Source: Hydrolagus colliei (lineage: Eukaryota). From it: a stretch of DNA of 64,000 bases. Numbering within the stretch: the first letter of the stretch is position 1; each line of letters opens with the position of its first letter. Where the stretch lies: contig CM068757.1 in assembly GCA_035084275.1 (NCBI GenBank), forward strand, positions 4,464,001 to 4,528,000, given 5' to 3'. A program made the translations under genes and the position numbers. The notes under the pieces were generated by a model that was given only the letters and a program-made list of their open reading frames with translations, was not told where the DNA came from and searched no databases. Positions 11,389 through 23,000 of this stretch are shown here, piece after piece.

Positions 11389-13781
11389 TTTGAGCAAATT
11401 GTTGCTGATGAATACATATTTGAAGGAAAAAGTAGGGAACTTTACCATGAATTCACAATATCGGGTCTCTTTTTCCACCACCTCCACCCTCAACGAAGTG
11501 GCTGTAACTGACACATCATTACGGTTTGAGATGAAACACATTTTTGTTCTGGTTGTAGGCTCACTAAATGTTTCATAGAAAGGGTGATAGACTGACTGGT
11601 GAAATATTACCAAGAAAAGCCATTGAAGCAGACTGTAAAGTGGGTTCATGAGGCAACTAGATTTGCTGCTGGAAAGGGAATGGATTCAGGGATACCAAAT
11701 ATGGTAGGCAGGTAGCTGGAGATGAGAACTATCAAAATGCCATTGTTTGGACAGACAATAGAGATACTGTTCGACTGTTTGCAGCAATTATGCTTCATTC
11801 ACTATGATTTATTTAGAAGTACTTTTGGTGGGATTGGGTGGAGAGAGAAAAGCTGTCACATTTATTAGCAATTGCAAAAATCAATGCTTGATTTCTATAG
11901 GTTGGGTGAGAAACAAGAAACAAATGTGACATTAATATACCGTAATAGCATTGCTTGAGATTTTTTGGAACAAGTTTCACTGGCAATAATCTGATTCCAT
12001 GGCACCATTCAAAAAATAAGGGATTCTTTCCCAGTACCCAGGCCAACAATCTCCCCATATTAAAAATAGATTGGATCACTTATGGCTGGCTGTGGGACAC
12101 TGCTATTCACAATGTTGCCTGCCAAGTTCACCTGTAAATAAACTGTTACAGCACACTGCAGAAAAACTCAATCGCTTTGAGGTGCTTCACCATGATCAAG
12201 TGCTGTATCAAATGCAAGAATTATTGATTCAGATCATGACAGTTGAACTAATTCTATATTACACTATTCACAGGTTTATGACTCACAATCCACCTAATCA
12301 TACTATAAACTATAGGTACTCCATACAAACAGACTGTTTTTCGATTACTGCTATGTCGAATAACTTATTTTGCTGTTTTGTTTACTAAATGTCATATCTG
12401 ATGCAACACTGGAGGCCTGAGGACAGCTGCTGTAAGAGTTCTAATGGGCAGGAAGGAAACCTACACCAGTGATTATTTATGAATGTTAAGACCTCTCCAG
12501 ATTGTCGCTTAAAGGGAGAAACATGATAAGCTTAGTGTAGGCAGAATCCTGTTATTGGGAAGCCAGGGCCTTCCAGATGTGATCCCTGCACTAACAATCT
12601 ACTGCAGAGTTCAGATTAACTTTCTAAGGGTTAGGGTTTTTGTAGTTTGTCACAGAGCCTGTTTGTGACCTGTTAGACAGTACTGCTACATTGATCAGCG
12701 GTGTTTTTCTTCCCTCAACCGTTCTACTTTGTAGAATATGATATTAGCAAAATAGAGTTTAAAAACACTGGTGACTAGATTCACTGAAATGTCTGGATTG
12801 GGTAATCTAATTACCAAAAAAATAAAACTAATAAAAGCTTTTAGGCTCCAAGAAGTAATTGTCTGGCCTTAGGCACTGAAGTTACTTATTGTATCAGGGC
12901 TTTTACTTTTAAATTTGGCCAACTGACCTGTATACTCACCTCTTGTTGACACATCAGGCAGTAGGATTCTATGGTCAGTGTGTTCGGTGAACACTTGTGC
13001 TGGTGTATTCCCATCTGTGAAATTAACTTTTTTGTTAGAACTTTGAACTTTTTTGTTAGATCCAAGACTTAAAAAATTAAAGATAAACAGAATTAAAAAA
13101 AATATACGAATCAGCCAAATAATAATAGTTCTTATCCCCCAGCTCCTGGATGCAATAGCTTCTGAATGCTTCTTAAATGCATGCATTTACACAGGCTCAT
13201 GTATGCACGTTATTTATATAAAATAATTATTTTTGTTTCCGTTGACTTGAAATTGGAATTGCAAATGAACAGGATTGTTTTTCGCAGTGATAATTTATGC
13301 TGGAACGTAGAGGTTTTGCATTGTTGTATGTGATGTACATAACTTCTGTTCTACAATTGGCGTCATTGTTGACATTGAAAGGAACTGATCCAAATGTAAT
13401 AAAAGAAAGTGTGAATTCCACCAGCACAAATCAATATAAAATGTAGCCTTAAAAAAAATGATTCCTGTGTGACATAAGCCTTTTGTTTATTTATTTGACT
13501 TGCAGTGACATAATCACCACCATTTTTCATTTAAGTTATCTTCAGGGAATTCAATCCACACAAAATCGATCAATGTTAGTAACAACTTCAATAAAAGATT
13601 TTAGAACTGTCCATTTTTAAAACCATATTTGAGCAGTAGATTGAACTCCAGCTAGCGCACAAGTATTTTTTCAGAAAGCACAGTTGCTTCTTGGTGATAG
13701 AATTAACTGAACTAAGACTTAATTGACTCATGCATCGATTACACAGCATAACGCCCACGTGTGTGAATGCTTTTAAATTAT

Positions 13782-14165
13782 GGAGTCCTGTAGCTTAGTG
13801 GTTAGAGCAGTTGTCTTATAAGCGAGAGGAACCTAGGTTCGAATCTCAGGCCAGGCGAAGCGTTGGGCAAGTTTCCTACCTCCACACGCCTCTGTTTAAA
13901 AAGCAACAAGTAGCAACTCCGTTGTTTGTTGATTGGCGGATCGCTTTTCTGGGCTGATATTCCCATCAAAATTTTAAATAATAATAATTTGATCACTCAA
14001 TCGACAATTGTTTGTTGGACACTGTTGTCTGCAATTAGCGGCTGTGTTTCACCCAAACAATAAACAGTGAATTCACTTTAAAATATATTCTGTGAAGTGC
14101 TTTGGGACATATCAAAGACATGATAAGGCACTACAGTATATCAAATACAAGGTTTATTATTATTA
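13782..14165 (+). mobile_element. tRNA-derived SINE, full length, longer-body subfamily
   Basis: Head ggagtcctgtagcttagtggttagagc...ggttcgaatc; about 60 extra nt after tccacacgcc; standard tail. Confidence 0.9.
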
Positions 14166-14513
14166 AGAGACTATTGATTGTCTATAGTTTTGACTCCAGC
14201 GTGGCATTACATTTACCTGAGATTGAAATGATTCATGTAAGCGAAAAGTGAGTCAAAATGAGATCCCTTTCCCTGGACTGAATTTGTAATCAGTGAACGA
14301 AGACTGAGGTCAACTCAAACTCTTGTTTTAAACAACTGCCCCGTTTTCTCTGTGCACACACAGTTATTCTAACAGCTGGACAGAATGCACAAAGCACATT
14401 TTTGACAAGATGCCAGCCAAAGTGGAGTCACTTTAAGAGACATTGCTCTCTCATGGAATAAAGCTGTGCAACCACAAAGCACATATTTGATTTCTACAAT
14501 TATCTTTTTTTAG

Positions 14514-14613
14514 GTCACACACAGATTCTAACCTATGTCGAAGATGCGTTGATACAGTTGCTAGAACACACAGAGTACAGCAGAGCTTGGATTCCTAGAT
14601 TCTTTGCTGAATA
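14514..14613 (+). CDS. CSTPP1: CSTPP1/C11orf49 coding exon (equivalent to human exon 2), xGT-HTQILTYVEDALIQLLEHTEYSRAWIPRFFAE(Y)
   Basis: Acceptor tatcttttttttag at 14512-13 and donor gtaagt at 14614; phase 1 in, phase 2 out. Translation matches recalled human QRHVLTYMEDAVCQLLE...IARFFTEY. Confidence 0.93.
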
Positions 14614-17600
14614 GTAAGTAATGTACCTAATACATTTTTTATAAGCACTTTTTCATTGCCACTGTAAAATACTGTGCTCATAGTGCTATTAGTTTTGGGT
14701 ATACCCATAAAAGAATTTCACAAATTAGATCAACTGTTGATGAGGTGAATCATTTTTGAAGTATGTTTTTTTTCATCATTTAATCAATCAATATCAAATA
14801 TTATAAAAGACCTCACTGATGATACAATTCTGATACAGGGTCATTAGAAACTGATTTTGCTGTTGCACGATTCAAGTGTGACAACTAGATTATCAACCGG
14901 AAGATAGTACGCAAGGAACTACCTGAAAGTATTTAACCGTGCTGGAAAGCGAGAGCCCTTTTGCGGATTAGTGGTGAGGAAAGGAACAGGGAAAAGGGGG
15001 ATTTGAAAAGTTGTCAAATTGTTTGTGCAAAAAGTTGTTTTCATATTGCAAAATTAATGGAAGAAGAAAAGTTATCTTTGAAGTTGCAAATTACAACTTT
15101 GTTAATGTCCACCGAACTCTGGGAATAATGCGTACAGGAAAGTACATGTAATCAGGGAAGCACATTGTTGACCTGTTGGAGGTAGGCTGAGCATTCATTC
15201 CACCTACAGTCAGTAAAAATAATCCTCTGGTGACCATGTTGCTTTTTGAGTTGCAGGGTGGAAACATTTCATTTAGTTAGTTGTCAGCACCTCTCTAGTT
15301 TAGGGCTATCTCATTTATCTTACAATGCTGCTGCTGCAATCACATTTACTGCTGGCAGCAGGGCTGTAAGGCAAATGTGGTCTAAAACTAAGTACAGTAC
15401 AGTACTTGATTAATTTGGGAGTGTTACAATGTGATCATGCAGCTCTGATTTTTGGTACAAGGTATCATATGTGACTAGTGGATTCTCTTTTCTTTCAAAC
15501 TAGATTATCTCTTTTCACCTGGTTATCTATGACTAGATAACCAGGTGAAAACAGCTGGCAGACACTTGGGATGGGAATCTCAAAAATGTCCTGTTTAAAT
15601 GTACTGTTTATTGAAGTCACTTGAACATGAATGCAAACTGTAAGGAAGAATGAGCTTCAGTTTATATACATCTGTGAGTAAGTATACAGGAACCCTAACA
15701 AGCACAATGATAAATGTCAGTTTACCACTCTGTTTATTAAACAGTCAATGTCCTTGGCTAAACAACTTTATAGAAGGGACATGCCTTTGAAAGGAAATGA
15801 GCTGATAACCTCTAATTTATAATAGAATTAATGGACCCTTTAAGCTGCATACAGCTGTTGAGTGCTATATTATTGTGCCCAGTGACCTGAATAAGATGCA
15901 GGACACAGGGCCTGTTTAACAGAATAAAGTATACCCACAGAGAGCATTTGATCTTGTACTCTTAAAATTATATTAACTCTTTTTTTCGGGCAATGTTGAT
16001 AGGTGGAATGGAGTGCTTTAGATTGTAATTAAGTGAAATAAGATTGAAATTAAGGCTCTCACCTTCAAATGAGTCCTGATGTCTGGGTTGTGTTCATACT
16101 CGTTTTGTTCTGTAAATACTTTATTAAAAAGAACACAATTTTAAGAGGGATTAAGGATATCAAGAATACAAACAGCTCCGTGTAATGACCATAAGGGCTA
16201 GTGAATTGATGAACATAGGAAGCAATGCAACAATAATTGATCTTGCAGAAGTTACAGAAAGAACAGTTTTGATAGGCTAGGAAATTGCCCACACTATACA
16301 GTCATTCCACTTTACAGTAAATCCCGTGAAGTGCTTTGGGGCATCCTACTGATGTCAAAGGAGCTCTACTGAATGCAAGGATTATTATTCATTTAAAATT
16401 TGAAAGTGAAAACCTCTATTATTTAAAGAGGTGACAAGATGAGGTTAAAACATGTTGCAAAATGCTGGTTGGCTTCGTAAGTCACAATTTTTAGAAACTG
16501 TGGTGCATATCATCCAATAATGAGGTCTCATAAGGAAGAAGTTCTTGGCATCTCTCAGTGTTCTTTGTTTTGCTCAGTAAATGTAGCCCTGTATGCTTTA
16601 GGATGTAATCCTGATTAAGAGGAAACAATTTCATGGACCAACAGATCTTGCCATTGTTCCAGGAGGTGAAAGGTTAAACAGTAGTAATTAGGCTGCCCAA
16701 GTTGGAAAGGGTAAGTTTTTATAGCATTGCATGCTACTCCTCCGACGAAAGGAAAAAGGGTGTAGAAGTTGAATTGATTATTATACTAACATGCTGGATC
16801 AAATATTGTAAATAAATATAGCAAGCTAGCTTCTTTAATATACAGTATATTGATTAGGTTTCCTCAATTTAAAATATGCTTTTTATTTGAAATAATAATA
16901 GTTCTTAATCCACTGGGTAACACGAGATAATGATTAATACAATGTCTTCTATGGATCAAATGTTAATAACTTATCCAACAACAAACCATGTAATCTACCT
17001 GTGAATCTTGGCATAATCCTTATAAATTAATTTAACCACATACTGGTTCATGGTAACTGCACTTCATGATAACTTAGCAATTAGAATCTGAGGTTGATGA
17101 TGTTTGATTACTTGGAAATTATACTTCTCTTTGCAAAATGTTATCGCCCAAGGCTGCATTAAACTGAACTTGTACTGTAGCCATTTACATTGATTTGATG
17201 TCAAGACCTACTTCTGGAGGTGGTTACAGAAATTATGGTACAAAATTAAGTTGTCCTTTCCAATTGTATAATCAGGCTATTAGGGGCCACACCCAATGGT
17301 TCTTGCTCAAAATATTAAAATATTAAAATGTGATTAAATTTTTTTTAAAGTACCAACAACTAGGATTTTAAGAATCAAGGAACCATTTATCTGGAAACTG
17401 CCCAATTAATGCCTAATACACTGTTAGTGAATGTAAAATATTCAGATGCACAATATGATTTTTCATTTCAATGCTTTTACCTTTGTAGAAATATTTATGT
17501 GAAGATCAGTGCAATTTTAACTGATCAGTAAGGCATTGTAAGCTTCTAGGAACATTCAGTTAAACCTTTGTACCCTTCAGCTACATAAATTTCAGCTAAA

Positions 17601-19997
17601 TGTTCTGAATGCTCTACTATGAAGTAATATATAATATCTGAATCGTATTAGCATGGATGAACTGGATTATTACTTGATAAATCTGCAATGGTAATGTCAT
17701 AATTAATCCTTTAATATGACAGTCATCAAACTTCAACTGGAGGATTGATGAATAAAGCAGGAAAAAAGCGTGGATAAATTGTGAATTGTGTCTGGGTTGT
17801 ATTACAACTCAACTCCTGGGGGGCAATATGTAGACGGGTCAAATTTAATTGTGGGGCAGCGGAATTATCGGCATCAGAATTTGTGACATCATCTGCATCC
17901 CTCAATGAGATTACCAGCTTGCAATTGCATAGCTCCACTTTGCGCTATTTGGAATTGGCGCATTTTATATCTATTATAGCAATCGAGTAGCGTCCCAAGA
18001 ATATGGAGGACTGCATCCATTTTTTTCTCCCTTATATTTAGAGGCCTGATTCTCCTTGCTTTCTGTTAATAAACATGGCATTTGTTTCTGCACACAAGCC
18101 TTGTTTAGGAGTACCATACAGCTCCATGCAGACAGTTCACATTTCAGCTGCCAGTTGCCTCTACGCAGGTGCATAATTTTGGTAGTTATGTCATGCGCAT
18201 TCCACAGATAGGACATAAGCAGCTGTGACATCGTTTCTGTCCGCAGAATTACAAACCTTTTTGGTGGGACTCAGTACAGCGAAGGCAATCTCCATTACCT
18301 GAATGCAAATGTGCCCACTGCGAGGCACTTTAATACATAATATTCTGTTGATTTGTCAAGAATTTTCATATTGCACATTGTCATTTCAATAATGCATTCC
18401 TTGCAACTTCTGTTAGGCATATAATTAACAGGTTGAAATTTTCATACAGGAAGCAAAATTTCTTGCACGGCTTAGTCTCACTTCAGGTCCCTGTAGAGTG
18501 CTTACATGGTGAGAATCAATTTGAATCAAAACAGCAGTAAACTCACAACAAATTGGAATTTACAGCTGCCTGGAATATAGGGCTCTATTTGTGTTCTGCT
18601 GAATTAGCAGCTGGCGAAACCATAAGCTTTACAAAATCTAACTGTGTACTGGGCAAATACATCAAAAACGCAGCAGATTCTCTCTGGATCATTGCCTTTG
18701 GGATCTAGGAAAATATGTGTCACAGTGAGGAGTTGAGGTGTGGAGAGAATGCTTCACATAGTTTAGGTATTAATGTGAAGGCCTTAAATAATGTGTGTTT
18801 ATCTGTATTTGTACTAAAGGATTATTGTAAAGAAGTAGCACAATCCATCAGCATCCTCAATAGCTGTTTCATGGAGAGAGAAAAAACATGCTTTGAGAAA
18901 GAGGATCCAGCAGAGAAAATCCTATTTTGGTGATAATTCCTCCCATAGGTGAAGAAAGGGATTTGGGATGTGATAATTGTCTTCAAATGCTTTGTGTTCC
19001 CTTGCCTTTTTTTGAGTGTTAATGTGATCTCCGGAAAAGCTTGAACTGTTTCTAATTGTGACAGCTACTTTATGACACCGCTAACTGAAAATATGCACAG
19101 TTACCCACACTTAGTCACATGAAACTCGCTCTCAAGCCTCCGCAGGCTCCACTCTGTAACTTGCTCGAGATAGGATTCATTCGTCTTTTTTTACATGCAA
19201 GGCTGGACAGGCTCGCAATTTCAAAAACAACATTGTTAACTTTCAGAATAGACTAATAGATCCAATTATCGCGGCAAGCATATCAGCAGCAGTGGGCACA
19301 TTAATCACCTTGGTGTCCTGTTAATTCCTTAAGTGGTGGTAGTGGGGGAGAAACAATTTTAGAGAGGAGACTGACTCCTGAAATAAGCAGTGCATTCCCC
19401 GTTTGTGTTCATGACTGCTACCAGCAGCAGGACTGCAAGCTAAACCTGGCGTGTGCATTTAGCTGATTATTGCCAGTTGCAGCAGGTGTCAATGTTTATT
19501 CTGCTTTCTTTGTTGACGAGGCAAGACTTTTTGATTGTGTTAAAATAATATTGCATTAAGGAAAATCCCCAATAAAGATATTTTCCCTCCTTATCCATTA
19601 CTGCCAATAGATAGCGTGGGAAAATATTGTTCCAAAACAATAACTTTCCTCATGAAACTTTAACTTTAACATAACATATGGGACCTACTTTGTCCTGCAA
19701 GAGGATGCTCGGTGAAAGTATTTTACAGAGGAGAGTCAGCGTGGCTGCATTCAATTTAATGGGACGGGAGCTTTGGTTTAAATCTTATCTGATCTGGACC
19801 CACACATGGGAACCTTTATTATTGGTAATAATTGATAATAAATACTAATATTTATTATCTACTCGCTGGTACTGATTGGGTATTTTGTTCATTATGCTAC
19901 TTGCTGAATACTGTAAATTTTCCCTGAGATGGTGGCATGGGGAACAACAATGCAACTAGATTAGTTCCCAGTTCAGTTCAAACCTAATTTGTCTGTT

Positions 19998-20096
19998 AAC
20001 AAAAACAGAAATCACTGGGAACACTCAACAGGTTAGGCAGCATCTATGGAGAAAGGAAAGTAAGTTGACGTTTCGGGTCCATGACCCTTTGTCAGC
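19998..20096 (-). mobile_element. Single arm of the same Penelope-like element with hammerhead-like core
   Basis: Near-identical to 41240-41327; - strand reads CTGACAA-A-gggtc-atg-gaccc-GAAA-cg-TC. Confidence 0.75.
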
Positions 20097-23000
20097 AATC
20101 AAATCTTTCCAACAAGGTCAACAGCAAATAACCACAGTCAAGCCATCTTCTTCAATAACTGAAATTCTATTACAAACTTCAAAAGCACCATAATGATGGA
20201 TTTTGGAATATGATTTTGTACAATGATATTGGTAAAAAAAACACTGGAGAACAATAACTCCACTCCGAACACATCTGCTACTTTTTAAGTTTTAACTATT
20301 TCAAGAAAAGGTTGTAAACATTCTGTCTAAATAACATATTCATTCTGTTCACGAAGACCAATAAATCACTCTTGGAATCAATTTACAATTGTGTAACATA
20401 CACAGAACCTTTATTTACACTTTGTGATTCATTGTTTAATTCTTGAGTTAACACCCCCTCTCCTGTCAGCATCATGAATGATTTTCACAGAATTATTTAC
20501 ATTCCTTATGTAGGTGTGATGGCATGTGTTATTTTCTCTTTTTTTCTCTCACCTCTTTTATGTTGCTGAAGGCGTTTCCCTCCTTTTTGCTAGGGGTATC
20601 ATTTCACAGGTGCTCCTCAACCTCTAATATCTCACTCAAGCAGCCATTATTCATGCATTGAAGACAATTCAACTGTGTGGGGCATCATAGCCTAACTTCG
20701 CCTAACAAGGGCTGCTTGATAGCAATCAGGTGCGAGAACCCTAATCGATTCCCAACCCCCCCCCCCCATTGTCCGAGGGTGCCATTTATCATACTTTAAT
20801 TATTAAGGAAACCATTAATACCGGGTCATACCAACCATGAAACTGTGATATAAAGTGGGTCTAGGTAAAACGATACCTGAGTAGCTCAGTAGTTCATTTC
20901 CATTATTAACCCCTTTTGATTTATCCTACAGCATAAAATTTCTGAAAGAGCCACCACCTGATTCTTTTGTCTTTTCCTGTCAGCTGTTAATTTTTAATGA
21001 TAATGTTTTGTTAGGAAATTTTATTGCAGTTTTCAGAATGTTTCATTTTTAAAAGTATGCCTGTCACTTCCAATCAGTCTTCTCTCATCTTGTGAAAATA
21101 TAGAAACGTTCACAAGACCATAGGCCTAAGAAGATTTGTTTATTTGACCTGTCATCACTAATGCACTGCTGCATCCCATCATTGTAATTACCACTGTAAA
21201 AAAAACGCCTAACTGGGGTGAGCACATGTGGTGTAGAAAGTTATGGGGAGGATTTAAGGCTGGAATAGAGACGCATGCACAAATAGGAAAAACAATAAGG
21301 CAGCATTGGAACCCATTGTGTTTCTGATGATTCATATCAAACTAGAATAAAAAGAGCTGGCAAAGTGTATTAGACAATCCATGGAGAGCATCAACACAGT
21401 TTTGATATGTTTAGAGAGAATTAACTGATACAGTTGAAAGCCCTGTCTTTATTTTATTTAGCTCTTATAATATATTTGAATGTATTTTAAAAAAAAGAAC
21501 TGTAGGGATCAGATTTTACTGGTCTGAAATTGAAACTGTGCATTCCAAATCCAGATTCCCAAGGTTGTTTTAACATACAATAATTACTTCTTGTATTTCA
21601 TTTAGTGCTTTATCATGTGAAAATGTCTCAAAGCATTTCATTTTCTTTCTGTGTATTTTTCTTTTCGTGTATATTGTGTAAATGGCATCCAATTTGCTAC
21701 ACTGCAACATCCCACAAAAAGAAGAAGTGAAAGACCACTTTGGCAGATAGATTATGTGGAATGAAAACCAGTTAGTGATGTCATTGTCAAATCTGGTCTT
21801 AAAATTTGTTCAGCTGCAGGATATGTAGGTCAAAAGTGACCTCTTTAAGTGGTGAGCCCAGAGAACTAGTGTCCCGAGTATTTTTAAGTGGTGTTAGGAG
21901 GTTATAAACATCACAGCATGTAAACTCCGACATTTAAACTTTCAAATGTGACGCCATACATTTTATCAATTGCACTTCATTGAATTTTAGGGCAATTGTG
22001 ATGTATTATGATTTTGATGGGAATGCATATGAAACAAATTGAGTATAAATCCACAGTAACTTTACGGAAGAAATTAGCTCCAGACCCAATCTACATTTCA
22101 ATGGTAACAAATGAACATACCGGTAATAACTCATTTGGAATCATCCCTGTCAGTGGACTTAGACTTGCTGATAGTTGTGCTAAAATCTAGTTTAGATTTT
22201 AAATAATTTTGCTCCACAGCCTCTTGTCACAACAGAATATCCATGTGTTGTCCATACAACCAGGCTTGTAAAATCCTCTTTTAATTATGTGTCAGCTCAC
22301 TGCTTTCGGAAAGCATAGGCTTTGCTGAGAACAGATTGAACCTTGAAAGTGCCTTTGTAAACAGACTGAATTTGTACCTGTTTCTTTGCTAAGTGTTACT
22401 CATTGAGTGATCAAGGGTAGAAACACTAAATTGCTTTCGAAAATGTGGATCTGTGTTAATAAAGGCTGTCAACCAATAAACATACAAACCAGACAAAGTG
22501 ATTAGGAGCCAATGGGAAGCTTCTATCCATATAACTGTCTCTGCCAGGCATTTTCCTCTTAGGAAAGGTGGTTGTACACGTCTAAAAAAAAATTCTGTGC
22601 TCCCTTGATTTACACTGATCATTTTGTTTTTGAGGAAGATTTATGTGCATCGAGGTAAATTTTAGATGCATTTTTATTTCACATTTTCTTGCAACAGGCC
22701 TTCAAATACTTTTTTTTAATTCTTCAAGCTGTAATAATATATATGTAATTTATTGGATGGAAAAATTAGGCAAAGCAGAAGTTTTGCAAATCTATTTTCA
22801 GTAATAACTGTAAAATAGCACAATAAGAACATTGAGGAAGTCAGAACAGCGTGATTTCAAATGCAAGCTAAGCAAACGAGAACCATGGGATACATCAACA
22901 TCAAGGAATCGCCGTGTTAAGTGTGCTGTCATGATGCATACTAAAAAGGGTTCATTCTGCAGCTGTAAGCATCAACACTATTCCGCTGTGACTTTATTTT

